Assembly: GCA_964438385.1 (NCBI GenBank)
Contig: CAYTKI010000011.1
Coordinates: 48,739-112,738, forward strand
Direction of reading: 5' to 3'
Origin: an uncultured Methanosarcinales archaeon
GTDB lineage: Archaea > Nanobdellota > Nanobdellia > Woesearchaeales > GW2011-AR4
Length of the DNA: 64,000 nucleotides
Shown here: piece after piece, positions 1-9,891 of the stretch
How positions within the stretch are numbered: the first letter of the stretch is position 1
Layout: every line of letters starts with the position of its first letter
Translations under genes and position numbers: made by a program
Notes under the pieces: model-generated
Database searches by the model: none
What the model saw: only the letters and a program-made list of their open reading frames with translations
Told to the model about the DNA's origin: nothing

Positions 1-1100
1 TCCCTAAAGAGCAGAGATTCATCGGCGACCTTGATATGCGTACCTGGAGTGTAGAGCCCAATCTTAAGCGCGCTTTTCTCAAGCATCACATCAAGGATGT
101 CTGAATTGATGTTGCAGTAATTGAGCAGCGTATTCCCTTTTGCAGGCGCTCCAATGCCAACAATCCTCTTGCCTTCTTTCTTGATGTCAATGAGCATCTC
201 TTGAAGTGCAAACTTGTGCGATCGTATTTTTTTCCAAAAGTCCAAAAGGATGGACTCATCATAGAGCCCATGGCGCGTTTCCTCATCAATGATTGTTTGC
301 AGGTTTGGTAAGAGAGGATAGTCCCCAACCCTGCAAACATAGATGCGAAGCGATCCGCCGTGCGTGGATATTTTCTCCGCATCGAAAACTTCAAGCCCGA
401 AGAGTTGGAAGAGGTAGATAAGCGGCTTTAAGCTGTAATAGCGCAGGTGCTCATGGTAAATGGAGTCCCATTGGTTGAATTTGATAATGCTCAGAAGGTG
501 GTGGGATTCGCTTACAAACACCCCTTTCGGCCCGAGCAGTTCCTTGATGCCTTCCACAACTGAATGGAGATTGTCCACATGGGCAAACACGTTGGTTGCC
601 GTGATGACTCTTGCCTTTCCGTGCTTATTGATGATCTGCGGCACGATATCCTTGCTGAAAAATTCCTTGAATGTGGGGATGCCCTTCTCCATGGTTATTT
701 TCGCAACACTGGATGGCTCAACACCAACAACCTTAACTCCATGCGGCAAATAGAATGAAAGCAGTGTTCCATCGTTTGAGCCGATATCAACCACAAGGTC
801 ATCCTTTGAGAGTGAGAAGCGCTTCACAAGCGTATCCGCAAGCCCTGAGAAGTTCTTAATGAGGCTCGTGTTCATGCCCGTGGTATAGACATAATCCGAG
901 AAGATGATTTTTCTATCAACGGTGTAGCCAAGCTGCACAAGATTGCACGTTGGGCAGTAATAGAGATCAAGTGGATAGCGTATTTCCGGCTTATTGAGGT
1001 CTTGCTCCTTAAGGAACGCATTGCTCGGCGGCTGATGGCCAAGCGAGAGGATAGGGTGCAGGCCGGTGTTGCGGCAGATATAGCAGTGTATCTCGCTCAT
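1..1100 (-). CDS. SAM-dependent C-methyltransferase (NDP-hexose C-methyltransferase-like), 3' end beyond window
   Basis: Hand translation of the minus strand from the ATG at 1100: MSEIHCYICRNTGLHPILSLGHQPPSNAFL...CPTCNLVQLGY...VVDIGSNDGTLLSF... This gives an N-terminal CxxC..CxxC zinc-ribbon plus a class I MTase motif I, the typical TylCIII/C-methyltransferase architecture. It is not in the ORF track because the ORF is open at the window edge. Confidence 0.65.
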   Translation of the reverse strand, partial: MSEIHCYICRNTGLHPILSLGHQPPSNAFLKEQDLNKPEIRYPLDLYYCPTCNLVQLGYTVDRKIIFSDYVYTTGMNTSLIKNFSGLADTLVKRFSLSKDDLVVDIGSNDGTLLSFYLPHGVKVVGVEPSSVAKITMEKGIPTFKEFFSKDIVPQIINKHGKARVITATNVFAHVDNLHSVVEGIKELLGPKGVFVSESHHLLSIIKFNQWDSIYHEHLRYYSLKPLIYLFQLFGLEVFDAEKISTHGGSLRIYVCRVGDYPLLPNLQTIIDEETRHGLYDESILLDFWKKIRSHKFALQEMLIDIKKEGKRIVGIGAPAKGNTLLNYCNINSDILDVMLEKSALKIGLYTPGTHIKVADESLLFR

Positions 1101-1291
1101 GGGTTGGGGCCTCTTCTGGCTAGGGGAGCAGTGCTGGAGGGAAAGCGCGCATTTGTCTTCGTCATGGAGAAATCCATCAGAGGGGGGGCTATGGGGGGCT
1201 TTTTAATTTTTTTGATGTTTGGGTCTTGGAGATGAGATTGGAGTAGTTGTCGTAAGAAGGTCAAAGAATTCTGTAGAATATTAGGGGAAGC

Positions 1292-1651
1292 TTAGCTAAT
1301 TGCCAAAGCAGGGCTTGCCTCGGTTATCTGAGGGATGAACATCGGGGTTTCAAGCACCTTGTTGGACTTGAAAAACATGATGACCTTGATGAAGAGGAAA
1401 TTGCTTTTAGAGATGATGTCCAACTTGCACTCTTTAATATCGTTAAGGACTTCCTTGTCGAATCCCTTGGAATCCATGCTCTTAAAGAAAGCGGATGCCT
1501 TGAGCATTTCAATGCCTGAAACCTCTTTTTTGGAGTTGTAATCGATTATAAGATCGTCTATCTCGATGCTTGCCTTGGATTTGGAATTTGGATCGTACAA
1601 AAACAAGCTGTCGTTCTTTTGGTCGTAGTCAAATTTGAAGTTTCTTAGCAT
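1292..1651 (-). CDS. DUF2283-family small protein (antitoxin-like)
   Basis: FDYDQKNDSLFLY...IEIDDLIIDYNSKKEVSGIEMLKAS matches the DUF2283 pattern (YDxExDaLYI ... lidfDkdGklvGIEiLnAS). It sits in an AT-rich islet. Confidence 0.5.
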   Translation of the reverse strand: MLRNFKFDYDQKNDSLFLYDPNSKSKASIEIDDLIIDYNSKKEVSGIEMLKASAFFKSMDSKGFDKEVLNDIKECKLDIISKSNFLFIKVIMFFKSNKVLETPMFIPQITEASPALAIS

Positions 1652-1776
1652 GGTTATCGTCTCATTGATTTTGATAATTTCTTTTCAGCTATCCGTTGCC
1701 ATTTCTTGCTAATCTTTATGACCGTCACGACAATCACCTGGTCGGTGAATTCAATGACGTATCGGTGGCAAAGATT

Positions 1777-2169
1777 TTAGGTATAGCCGAAATAACAATC
1801 AAATTTTTGATCTTGGGATTCTTCCTTTATAGCATACTCCAACCGATTTGGCTTTATAAGGTTTTCTATGACTTCCTTCTCGGAAATCTGGCGTTGGGCG
1901 AGCCGAATTTTGGCATGGGAAGAGAGGCTTATCTGGTCAGCGGAATACTGCTTCAATCTTGAAACCACATAATCTCGTTCATTCATGGGGCATTTTTGAT
2001 GTTGTGATTTATAATCGTTTTCCTGTTGAAAAAGGTCCTGCACATCCGGGATATTACAGCCGCGGGAGCCACCATTATCCCGAACCTCATGCGCTAATGC
2101 GAGTGGCAGGGAGATGATCAGGTAACTTAAGGCGATTGCGATGAGCCCGAGGTATTTCTTGAGCATCAT
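1777..2169 (-). CDS. DUF4258-like protein (toxin-like); the true start may be the internal Met at ~1986
   Basis: The C-terminal half, SSHAKIRLAQRQISEKEVIENLIKP, resembles the DUF4258 HAxERMxERgIseeEVeevL motif. It lies upstream of, and on the same strand as, the DUF2283 gene. The N-terminal 60 aa look like a signal peptide and may not be translated. Confidence 0.4.
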   Translation of the reverse strand: MMLKKYLGLIAIALSYLIISLPLALAHEVRDNGGSRGCNIPDVQDLFQQENDYKSQHQKCPMNERDYVVSRLKQYSADQISLSSHAKIRLAQRQISEKEVIENLIKPNRLEYAIKEESQDQKFDCYFGYT

Positions 2170-2367
2170 GACACGGCAACCCCTGTCGCGTTATCCCCTA
2201 AAGTGGATGAGTTGACCGTGAAATTTAATGGATAGATTCCTGGTGAGGAGAAATTTGTTGCAATCACTATAATCGCTTGTTGAGATGTGGCAAGCTCAAT
2301 CACTCCGTTGGATGATGTCAATTGCTCTGAATTATTCAATTGCCATGAGATGTTCTTCGGCTGGGCA

Positions 2368-3789
2368 CTATGGCGTGAAAGAATGTATTAATCGTTGAGA
2401 AACAACTCCCCTATGCATCCTATACATCATATAGATGCAGAACAGATACAACAGCGGCCCAAAGAGGGAATAAGCAACTACTTCCCTCAAGAAAAGGTTC
2501 TCCGCCCCGGTAGTTCGCAAAAGACCGTGCCCAAGATAGAAGAAGAACGCGACAAAAGAGCCAAGAAAAGTGTATACTGCATAAAAATCAGAGCGGTGCA
2601 GGCAGAGGAAAGGGACAATCCACACCAGGTATTGGGTGCCAAAGCCGGAGAGCAGGACAATAAAAAAGAGCAAGGAGATAAGAATGCCATCAAGCGTCTT
2701 GATATTCCTATAGCGGCTAAAATAAAAAATCATCACAAGGAAAGTCATAATAATCATGAGTTTAGGCAGGTAAGCATGAAGCATCTCCTGGAAGGCAGTC
2801 CATCCAAAAAGAGTAGTAATATACTCAAGAGCGCGCGAATAGCCCCACGTGCCGAAAATGCCGCCGTAGCCAAAGACATTGGAGATTATCTGCGGAAGCG
2901 CTCCAGATAAATAGGGAGTAATCAATAGCCAGAAGGGCACTGATGCGATGAAAAGGAATAACACGGACCTATTGAAGCTTTTTTTCTGCAGCGCAAAAAA
3001 GAAGAGGGGAAACACCGTGACCTGCTTGACCGCAATGGAGCACCCATAGATCACATCCTCAAGGAGCGTGCGTTTCCTCTTGATTTCAGAGCGATAATAG
3101 AATAAAAGAAGCAGCGAGATTGCCGCCATGTCAAACTGCGCGCCCTGCACTGTGACCATGATGCTGATGGGATTGTAGAGGAACTTTGAAACAATAGTGA
3201 ACTGCTCTTTTGCACCAAGCCCTTCCCCTTGGGCAATGCGCAAAAGCAGGATGCCAACAAAGATATCTACTGAAATGAGGAAAAGCTTGACCAGGAAGGG
3301 AAATGCAAGTCCGGTGAAATCACCAAAGGAATCAATGGCGTGGAGGGTGTACGCCCATAAGGGAGAATAATTATAGCGGTCAGTTTCCGCATAGAAATTG
3401 GTGAATGTCCCTTTCTCCATGATGCCAGCGACAGTCTGGTAGGAATCCATGTCAAATGTCCCAAAGAATTGCAGGGCAAGGAAAGTTTTCAGGAGAAATG
3501 ATATGGCAAAAACAGCTACCAGTGCAATGCGGTAATTCTTCCCTGAAAAATAGAGTGTTCCATACACCATATAAAGCAAAAAGGAAAGGAGAATGGAAAA
3601 TGGCAAGGGGTAAGAATGACCGCCGAAAACAGCAAGCCAATAGACAAGTGGAGGCGTGGAAGCAAGAAAAAAAAGCATCACAAGTGATAAGTGCGCTGTA
3701 ACCCAAGTCTTGATTGAAAGGTACAGGCGGGCAGAATGATCGTGCTGCAATTCCTGCTGAAGTCGTTGGGTCATGCTCATGAGAACCAA
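2368..3789 (-). CDS. Polytopic GT-C-fold glycosyltransferase (DUF2029/GT87-like)
   Basis: 473 aa with ~11 predicted TM helices, typical of DUF2029-type mannosyl/arabinosyltransferases. It overlaps the upstream Dpm1-like GT2 gene by 13 nt. Confidence 0.5.
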   Translation of the reverse strand: MVLMSMTQRLQQELQHDHSARLYLSIKTWVTAHLSLVMLFFLASTPPLVYWLAVFGGHSYPLPFSILLSFLLYMVYGTLYFSGKNYRIALVAVFAISFLLKTFLALQFFGTFDMDSYQTVAGIMEKGTFTNFYAETDRYNYSPLWAYTLHAIDSFGDFTGLAFPFLVKLFLISVDIFVGILLLRIAQGEGLGAKEQFTIVSKFLYNPISIMVTVQGAQFDMAAISLLLLFYYRSEIKRKRTLLEDVIYGCSIAVKQVTVFPLFFFALQKKSFNRSVLFLFIASVPFWLLITPYLSGALPQIISNVFGYGGIFGTWGYSRALEYITTLFGWTAFQEMLHAYLPKLMIIMTFLVMIFYFSRYRNIKTLDGILISLLFFIVLLSGFGTQYLVWIVPFLCLHRSDFYAVYTFLGSFVAFFFYLGHGLLRTTGAENLFLREVVAYSLFGPLLYLFCIYMMYRMHRGVVSQRLIHSFTP

Positions 3790-4517
3790 AAGGAGAACCG
3801 CATCCTAAGGATATTGAGGAGGTAATTCGTCACGGTCTGAAAAATCCTAACTTTACTCTTCTTCCTCTCGATCCACACAACCGGTTGCTCAAAGATGTGA
3901 ATGCCCAACCTTTCAGCAAGGAGCAAAAGCTCGGTGTCAAAAAACCATTCCTGGTCCTTTGTCAATGGCAGGAGCCGCAATGCAAGATCTGTTCGTAACG
4001 CCTTGAAGCCGCACTGCGCATCAGTAAATTTTGGGGCGAATAAAACCTTGAGGAGAAAATTGTAGCCCGTGGAAAGTATCTGCCGTTTCATTCCGCGCTC
4101 AACTTCCGCCCCTTTCATGAGCCGCGAACCAACCGCAAGATCATATCCGCGTATGGCTATGGCTTCCACAATCTGCTTGAAATGGGAGAGATTAGTCGAG
4201 AGATCAACATCCATGTACGAGACGATGTCAGCAGAACTTTCCATCCATGCCTTCCGTAGTGCCCTGCCGCGGCCCTTCTGGTAGAGGTGAATGAATGTTA
4301 TGCGTTTGTTTTGTTTCGAAAGCCTTTTTGCGATCTGTAGCGAATGGTCAGTTGACGCGTTGTTCGCGATGATGATGCGATAGGCATAGGGAAAATCCTT
4401 TCGCAGGTAGGCGTCCAGGTCCAGGATATTCTGCTCAAGCTCGGCTTCCTCATTGTAGACGGGGATGACGATGTCAACTGTGGGTTTTCGCTGCGTATTT
4501 TTTTTGTCTTTTGCCAT
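3777..4517 (-). CDS. GT2 polyprenyl-phosphate glycosyltransferase (Dpm1/GtrB-like)
   Basis: VDIVIPVYNEE...IIANNASTD...DVD...GSR...QCGFKA are GT2 DxD/Q(R)xxRW-type motifs. ~246 aa soluble catalytic domain. Confidence 0.8.
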   Translation of the reverse strand: MAKDKKNTQRKPTVDIVIPVYNEEAELEQNILDLDAYLRKDFPYAYRIIIANNASTDHSLQIAKRLSKQNKRITFIHLYQKGRGRALRKAWMESSADIVSYMDVDLSTNLSHFKQIVEAIAIRGYDLAVGSRLMKGAEVERGMKRQILSTGYNFLLKVLFAPKFTDAQCGFKALRTDLALRLLPLTKDQEWFFDTELLLLAERLGIHIFEQPVVWIERKKSKVRIFQTVTNYLLNILRMRFSFWFS

Positions 4518-4539
4518 TGCTCATGCCTTTTGCGATTGC

Positions 4540-5838
4540 CTAGCGCCTTCCTTGGGCATCAATTTTCTCAATAATAGTGGCTGCAATCTCGATGGATTTG
4601 GCAACGCTTCTCTCCGGGTAGCTGTTGAACATGCCGCCAATAAAAAGGTTGCTTATGGGTGTCTGCACATCAGGAATGAGTGATGAAATTCCTTTCTTGT
4701 AGATAAGTCCTGTATTGAAGTCCCGCGCAATCCTCCACCACAGCACGTCTTTTTTTGAAAGGTGAGGATACATCTTTTGCAGGTCATTGAAATAGAAATC
4801 AAACACATCTTTTTCCGGAAGCGTCATGAGTTTTGATTTTGGATTTACATAGCTTGCAAGATAGGCAAGGTGCTCTCCATTATAGGACTCCTTTGGAAGG
4901 AAATTGGTATGCTCGACAAATGCACCGAACGCATTGTCATCCTTGAGCACTGTAACCCAGTAATAGTTTTTGGTTATTGGTTTTTTCAGTCCAAGGAGCA
5001 CACACACAGCCGGCTGGTATTCAAGTTGGTTGAGCCGCTGCGCATACGCTTTTGGAAGGGAGACAAGCTTTGTGAGAACAAAAGGGGGTATGGAGGAAAT
5101 GACGAATTCGCAATTTGCATGAGTGTCATTGAAATGGACCGAGGTTATCTTTCCGTTTTTGGAATCCATCCTCTTCACCTGCGCACCTGTGATGATGCGC
5201 CCGCCCTTTTCGATGATTTTTTCCTTGAGTGTAGTGATGAGCTGCGAAAAGCCGCCCCTGAGGTAGCCAAGGATCTCTCCTTTGCTGTCGGTGTGGCTCC
5301 GAAGTTTGATGCGCTCAACAAACCATGCGGCCGATGCGCGCTCGGCGTCATCTGCGAATTTGCTGCGGAGGAGGATGCGGAAGAATTCATTGTATGCTGC
5401 CCCCCCTCCAAATGCGCTAATCCACTCTTTTGCTGTGTGCCTGTCCAGTTTCTCAAAATCCCGTGCGAGTTTTGCGCGAATCATAAACATCCCAAGCCCG
5501 ATTTTGGCGCGCAGGGAAAGCGGCCTAAAGCGTAGAAGATCGAAGGGGGTGAGTAGGGGATAAATGGCTCCATCATAAAAGAATCCATTGCGCACTGAGC
5601 GAAAAAAGATTTTATCTCCAAGTCCGAGTTTTTTAAGCGCAGCAACAAAGTCCTTGTCAATGGTGAAGAAATGGTGGTAAAACTGCTCAATGTCAAAGCC
5701 GTCAATGGAATAGGATCGCAGCGCTCCGCCGAGCGAATCTGATTTTTCAAGTATCAGGACATCATGCCCGCGCTCCTGCAACTCATGGGCAGCATACAGC
5801 CCAAGTACACCTGCCCCAAGGATGACCACTTTTCCCAT
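4540..5838 (-). CDS. FAD/NAD(P)-binding amine-oxidase/phytoene-desaturase-like oxidoreductase
   Basis: N-terminal Rossmann motif KVVILGAGVLGLYAAHEL...LEKSDSLGG. 432 aa, flavin amine-oxidase-family architecture. Confidence 0.65.
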   Translation of the reverse strand: MGKVVILGAGVLGLYAAHELQERGHDVLILEKSDSLGGALRSYSIDGFDIEQFYHHFFTIDKDFVAALKKLGLGDKIFFRSVRNGFFYDGAIYPLLTPFDLLRFRPLSLRAKIGLGMFMIRAKLARDFEKLDRHTAKEWISAFGGGAAYNEFFRILLRSKFADDAERASAAWFVERIKLRSHTDSKGEILGYLRGGFSQLITTLKEKIIEKGGRIITGAQVKRMDSKNGKITSVHFNDTHANCEFVISSIPPFVLTKLVSLPKAYAQRLNQLEYQPAVCVLLGLKKPITKNYYWVTVLKDDNAFGAFVEHTNFLPKESYNGEHLAYLASYVNPKSKLMTLPEKDVFDFYFNDLQKMYPHLSKKDVLWWRIARDFNTGLIYKKGISSLIPDVQTPISNLFIGGMFNSYPERSVAKSIEIAATIIEKIDAQGRR

Positions 5839-5934
5839 GCAGGGCGCTCATGGCAGCGGATTTAAAAGATTATCTTCTCCTTTAAGCAAAAATTAAAAAG
5901 TAGTGGAGCTGGAGAAATGAATGCAATAGAATCA

Positions 5935-6924
5935 TTATTTCCTAAATCCTTCAGGATGCGTCGTGTGCCACTTCCACGCGCTCCCGATGATTGACTTGAT
6001 AGAGGGGTATTTCGGCTTCCAGCCAAGGTCCTTTTTTATCTTCGCGGAAGAGGCGACGGAAATGGCAACATCCCCTTCCCTTCTTGGCAATAGTTCCCTC
6101 GGGATTTTTCTCTTCGCCTCCCGCTCGGCAGCAGAGATGACTTCAAGAACAGAATGCCCTTTCTCCTTTCCAAGATTGAAGCAGTCAGTGGCATGGCCTT
6201 CCTGTAATGCTTTTAGCGCGAGGATGTGCGCATCCGCAAGGTCGCAGACATGGACATAATCTCGGATTGCAGTGCCATCTTTTGTGGGATAATCGGTGCC
6301 AAATATCCTGATGCAGGGCTTTTTGCCCATCGCGGCAAAGATGACATTGGGGATAAGGTGCGTCTCCGGATGGTGGTCTTCCCCAATCGAGGCAGTAGGG
6401 TGCGCGCCTGCCGCGTTAAAGTAACGCAGTGAGATGGATTTTAGTTGGGATACCTTACCCGTCTGCAAAAGCACCTTCTCAAAGGCGGCCTTTGTCTCTC
6501 CATAAGGATTTTCCGGGGCAATCTGGTTTTTTTCAGTCAGTGGCATCTTTTGCCCGCTGCCATAAACGACAGACGAAGAGGAATAGATAATCCGCTTGAC
6601 ATTGTTTTTGGACATCGCCAAAAGGAGGTTTTTCCCATACTCCACATTGGTTTTCCAATAGCGCCTAGGAAAGCGCACCGACTCCTCGACCTGAATCAAC
6701 GCGGCCATGTGAATGACTGCATTAACGCGATGGCGCTTAATCACATCACTTATCAGTTTCGCATCGCGCAGATCCCCCTTAACAAATACGGCAACGGGAT
6801 CGATCGCCTCAAGATGGCCAAAGGAAAGATTGTCAAGCACAACAACATCCTGCTTTCTCTCGATGAGTAGCTTCACCACATGGCTGCCTACATACCCGGC
6901 CCCGCCGGTCACAAGGATTGTCAT
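5935..6924 (-). CDS. galE: UDP-glucose 4-epimerase
   Basis: ILVTGGAGYVGSHVV...YSSSSVVYG...YGETKAAFE. Extended-SDR GalE signature (TGGAGYIG, YxxxK). Start taken at the Met preceding TILVTGG. Confidence 0.85.
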   Translation of the reverse strand: MTILVTGGAGYVGSHVVKLLIERKQDVVVLDNLSFGHLEAIDPVAVFVKGDLRDAKLISDVIKRHRVNAVIHMAALIQVEESVRFPRRYWKTNVEYGKNLLLAMSKNNVKRIIYSSSSVVYGSGQKMPLTEKNQIAPENPYGETKAAFEKVLLQTGKVSQLKSISLRYFNAAGAHPTASIGEDHHPETHLIPNVIFAAMGKKPCIRIFGTDYPTKDGTAIRDYVHVCDLADAHILALKALQEGHATDCFNLGKEKGHSVLEVISAAEREAKRKIPRELLPRREGDVAISVASSAKIKKDLGWKPKYPSIKSIIGSAWKWHTTHPEGFRK

Positions 6925-7062
6925 AGAGATACTTTGCCGTGGGCATTTCTTAAATGTTTCTTTTGGGGGTGAAGGTGTATTGGGTAGTGACATAGGTCAT
7001 TACCCAGCAAAAGAGCCGGGGTGAACGAAAGACTTTTAAGCGTCGGAGGATGCTCCTGCCGC

Positions 7063-8331
7063 ATGAAAACAGTCGCTATCATCGGCCTTGGATACGTCGG
7101 GCTTCCCCTTGCATGCCTCTGCGCAGAGAAGGGGCTGAAGGTTTATGGCGTTGAGATTGATGAAAAGAAGCGCGAACTCATCTCGCAGGGCATAAGTCCA
7201 ATAGACGATTCCAAGCTCACAGAGCAGCTCAAAAAGCTCAAAGGGAAAATACTGACGACAGGCGATGCCGCAAATGCCGCAAAAAACTCTGATGTCGTAA
7301 TCGTCTGCGTCCCAACGCCGGTGGACAAGGGCCATGCTCCAGATCTTATGCCGCTTATCTCAGCGTGCAAAGCCCTTGAGAAGGGCATCCATGATGGGAT
7401 TGCCATAGTCATTGAATCCACCATCTTCCCGGGAACCGTGGAGGAGATTGTCCTTCCCATTCTGAAAAAATCAGGCAGAAAATTCTTCCTCGGCCACTGC
7501 CCCGAGCGCATTGATCCGGGAAATAAAAAATACACAGTGCGCAACCTGCCAAGGGTAGTTGGAGGCATTGGGAAGGAATCAACAAAGAAGATAGCCGAAT
7601 TCTACCGCTCAATCATCGAAGCGGAAATCCTTGAATTGGGTTCGGTCAAGGCCGCGGAAGCCACAAAGATAATGGAGAACACATTTCGCGATGTCAATAT
7701 CGCCTTTGTCAATGAGATGGCGAAAAGTTTTGACAAGGTGGGAATTGACATCACAGAAGTCATCAGGGGCGCATCCACAAAGCCATTTGGATTTCTCCCC
7801 CACTATCCAGGGGCAGGAGTGGGCGGCCATTGCATCGCAGTTGATCCTTATTACCTCATCGCAAAGGCAAAGGAGATGGGATTCATCCATGATTTTCTCA
7901 TTCTTGCAAGAAAGATTAACGAAGGTATGCCTGGCTACACCATCCATCTGCTCGAAGCGCAGCTCAGTAAATTGGGAAAGCGTATCAGCGGCGCAAAAGT
8001 CGGGGTCCTTGGGCTCGCCTACAAGGGAAATGTTGATGATACAAGAGAGAGCCCGGCATGGGAGATAATCCATATCCTAAAAGGGAAAGGCGCAAAGGTT
8101 GAGGTTTTTGACCCGCACGTCCCTGGCGAATCAACGGCAAAATCATTCGATGAGCTCCTGGATAAGGCGGAGTATCTGGTGCTGGTGACCAACCATAATG
8201 AGTTCAGGGAAATGGATTATGGCCTTTTGAAAAAGAAAGGAATTAAAATCATAATCGATGGCAGAAACTGCCTAGACAGGGAAAAAATCACAAAGCTCGG
8301 CATCCTCTATCACGGCATCGGAAGGGCATAA
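7063..8331 (+). CDS. Nucleotide-sugar 6-dehydrogenase (UDP-glucose / UDP-ManNAc dehydrogenase family)
   Basis: KTVAIIGLGYVGLPLA, GHCIAVDPYY, GLAYKGNVDDTRESPA. Canonical UDPGDH N-terminal, central and C-terminal motifs. Confidence 0.85.
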   Translation: MKTVAIIGLGYVGLPLACLCAEKGLKVYGVEIDEKKRELISQGISPIDDSKLTEQLKKLKGKILTTGDAANAAKNSDVVIVCVPTPVDKGHAPDLMPLISACKALEKGIHDGIAIVIESTIFPGTVEEIVLPILKKSGRKFFLGHCPERIDPGNKKYTVRNLPRVVGGIGKESTKKIAEFYRSIIEAEILELGSVKAAEATKIMENTFRDVNIAFVNEMAKSFDKVGIDITEVIRGASTKPFGFLPHYPGAGVGGHCIAVDPYYLIAKAKEMGFIHDFLILARKINEGMPGYTIHLLEAQLSKLGKRISGAKVGVLGLAYKGNVDDTRESPAWEIIHILKGKGAKVEVFDPHVPGESTAKSFDELLDKAEYLVLVTNHNEFREMDYGLLKKKGIKIIIDGRNCLDREKITKLGILYHGIGRA

Positions 8332-8390
8332 GAAAAAGTGGGTAATGGAAATTCCAGTATTTTTTTGTGATTTGAATAATTCTTTAGCGG

Positions 8391-9806
8391 CTACACAATT
8401 CCTTTGATATCCTCTTTTTTTATTCCGCCTATCAAATAGAGTGCGCCGAAATAGATGAGGGCCGCAATTGGAAGCACGATAAAGAGATTCATGTCCTTTC
8501 CAAGGAAATAGATGAAGGCGCCCATAGCGGCTGACGCAAGGATCGGTTTGGCGCACATCCGCACGATGCCAACGCCATAGTTTTCCTTAAGCGCATAGTA
8601 ATAGAGCAGGCAGAAATTGACAAATGCGGTGATCACAGTCGCTGCCGATGCCCCGATGTAGCTGAACTTCGGGATAAGGAGTGCATTGAGTGCCACATTG
8701 ATGAAAAGGCATATTCCTGTTGTGTAGGCGAAGATGTGCGGCTTCTTGATGGCATTGAGAAACCACCCGACCATGTTGCCAAGGAAGAGAAAAACCGTAG
8801 TCCAGATGAGGATTTGGAGCACAATGATGGACTGCGTGAATCCTTCCTCGTACATAAAGAGAATTATCTTATCCGCAATCAGCGTCGCTCCAACCATCAG
8901 GGGAAAGCTCACAGCAGCCATCGCATACATCCCTTTCTCAAGAACCATCCGAAGAAGCTTCTTTGACATCTTGGCGTGCATCTCGGCCATGATGGGAAAG
9001 AGGACAAAGACAAGTATCCAGGGAATTTTTGATATCACATTGATGAGCTTATACGCCGCGTTGTAGAATCCGCTCGCCTCATAGCCCTTCATGAGGGTGA
9101 GCATGATGGTGTCCACCTGGAAATAGATGATGATAAACACGCTCGAGAGCCAAAACGTCCAGGATGTCTTGAGCATGGTCTTCCACATCGGCACATCAAT
9201 CTTAAGGGAGAAATGGACATCAAGCTTTCTGAGGAGATAAAGGGAGTAAAGCGTTGCAATGGCATTTGATATCACAAGCACAATCATGAAGGGCATAAGC
9301 CCATAGCCCGCAAGGAGCACAGAGATCCCAATCGCAAAGGCGATAGCCCGCTCGGCGATCCGAACAGCGGCCTCGTATTTCATCTGCTGGAATGAGGAGA
9401 AGGTGTTTCGCGCGACGTAGGAATAGTTCTGGAAGAAAAGCGAGATTGCGGCAAGGAAAATAATGAGGTTCACAGTCGGTCCTCGCGCCATGAAGAGAAG
9501 TGAGAGCATCGGGAGCCCCAAGGTGAGAAGGCAGAAGATCAGCTTGAGAGAGGCATACTGCCCAATATACTTATTCGCGTTCGCCCGATCCTTTGAGACG
9601 CTTGTGACATAAAAATAGGAGATCCCAAAATCATAGGCAAAGGTGAAGAATCCTGCGAAAGCAAACGCAAAGGAGTAGATGCCCAGCTGCTCCGCTCCGA
9701 GGTTTCTCGCAAGAAGGACTATCAAGAAATATGAAAGGATGTTGGAAATGACTTCTGCGAACGTCACAAAGCTGATGTTCTTCACGATATGCTTCTTAAG
9801 GGACAT
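8391..9806 (-). CDS. Polysaccharide flippase (Wzx/MOP superfamily)
   Basis: 471 aa, ~12-14 TM helices. Polysacc_synt-like N-terminus (ISNILSYFLIVLLARNLGAEQLGIYSFAFAFAG). Confidence 0.8.
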   Translation of the reverse strand: MSLKKHIVKNISFVTFAEVISNILSYFLIVLLARNLGAEQLGIYSFAFAFAGFFTFAYDFGISYFYVTSVSKDRANANKYIGQYASLKLIFCLLTLGLPMLSLLFMARGPTVNLIIFLAAISLFFQNYSYVARNTFSSFQQMKYEAAVRIAERAIAFAIGISVLLAGYGLMPFMIVLVISNAIATLYSLYLLRKLDVHFSLKIDVPMWKTMLKTSWTFWLSSVFIIIYFQVDTIMLTLMKGYEASGFYNAAYKLINVISKIPWILVFVLFPIMAEMHAKMSKKLLRMVLEKGMYAMAAVSFPLMVGATLIADKIILFMYEEGFTQSIIVLQILIWTTVFLFLGNMVGWFLNAIKKPHIFAYTTGICLFINVALNALLIPKFSYIGASAATVITAFVNFCLLYYYALKENYGVGIVRMCAKPILASAAMGAFIYFLGKDMNLFIVLPIAALIYFGALYLIGGIKKEDIKGIV

Positions 9807-9891
9807 GGACTCAAAAGGGAAATATCTTTATATATAGTTATTGCTTCCATAAGGAGTATTAAAATCAGGAAAAATATTTGGTTTTGGTAAA

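Noticed and set aside
86-1235. Short ORFs listed in the track (86..394-, 460..753+, 564..758+, 1002..1235+)
   Set aside because: All lie inside, or antisense to, the hand-translated C-methyltransferase ORF (<1..1100, minus strand), which has clear family motifs. They are frame-shifted shadows with no domain signatures.
2395-3706. Antisense and alternate-frame ORFs within the DUF2029-like GT-C gene (e.g. 2395..2910+, 3456..3701+)
   Set aside because: Low-complexity, charged K/R/E-rich translations typical of out-of-frame reading of an AT-rich membrane-protein gene. No motifs.
4870-5563. 221-aa and 93-aa plus-strand ORFs opposite the FAD oxidoreductase gene
   Set aside because: They are antisense to a well-supported Rossmann-fold oxidoreductase. 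Their composition is Cys/Arg/Ala-rich without domain motifs.
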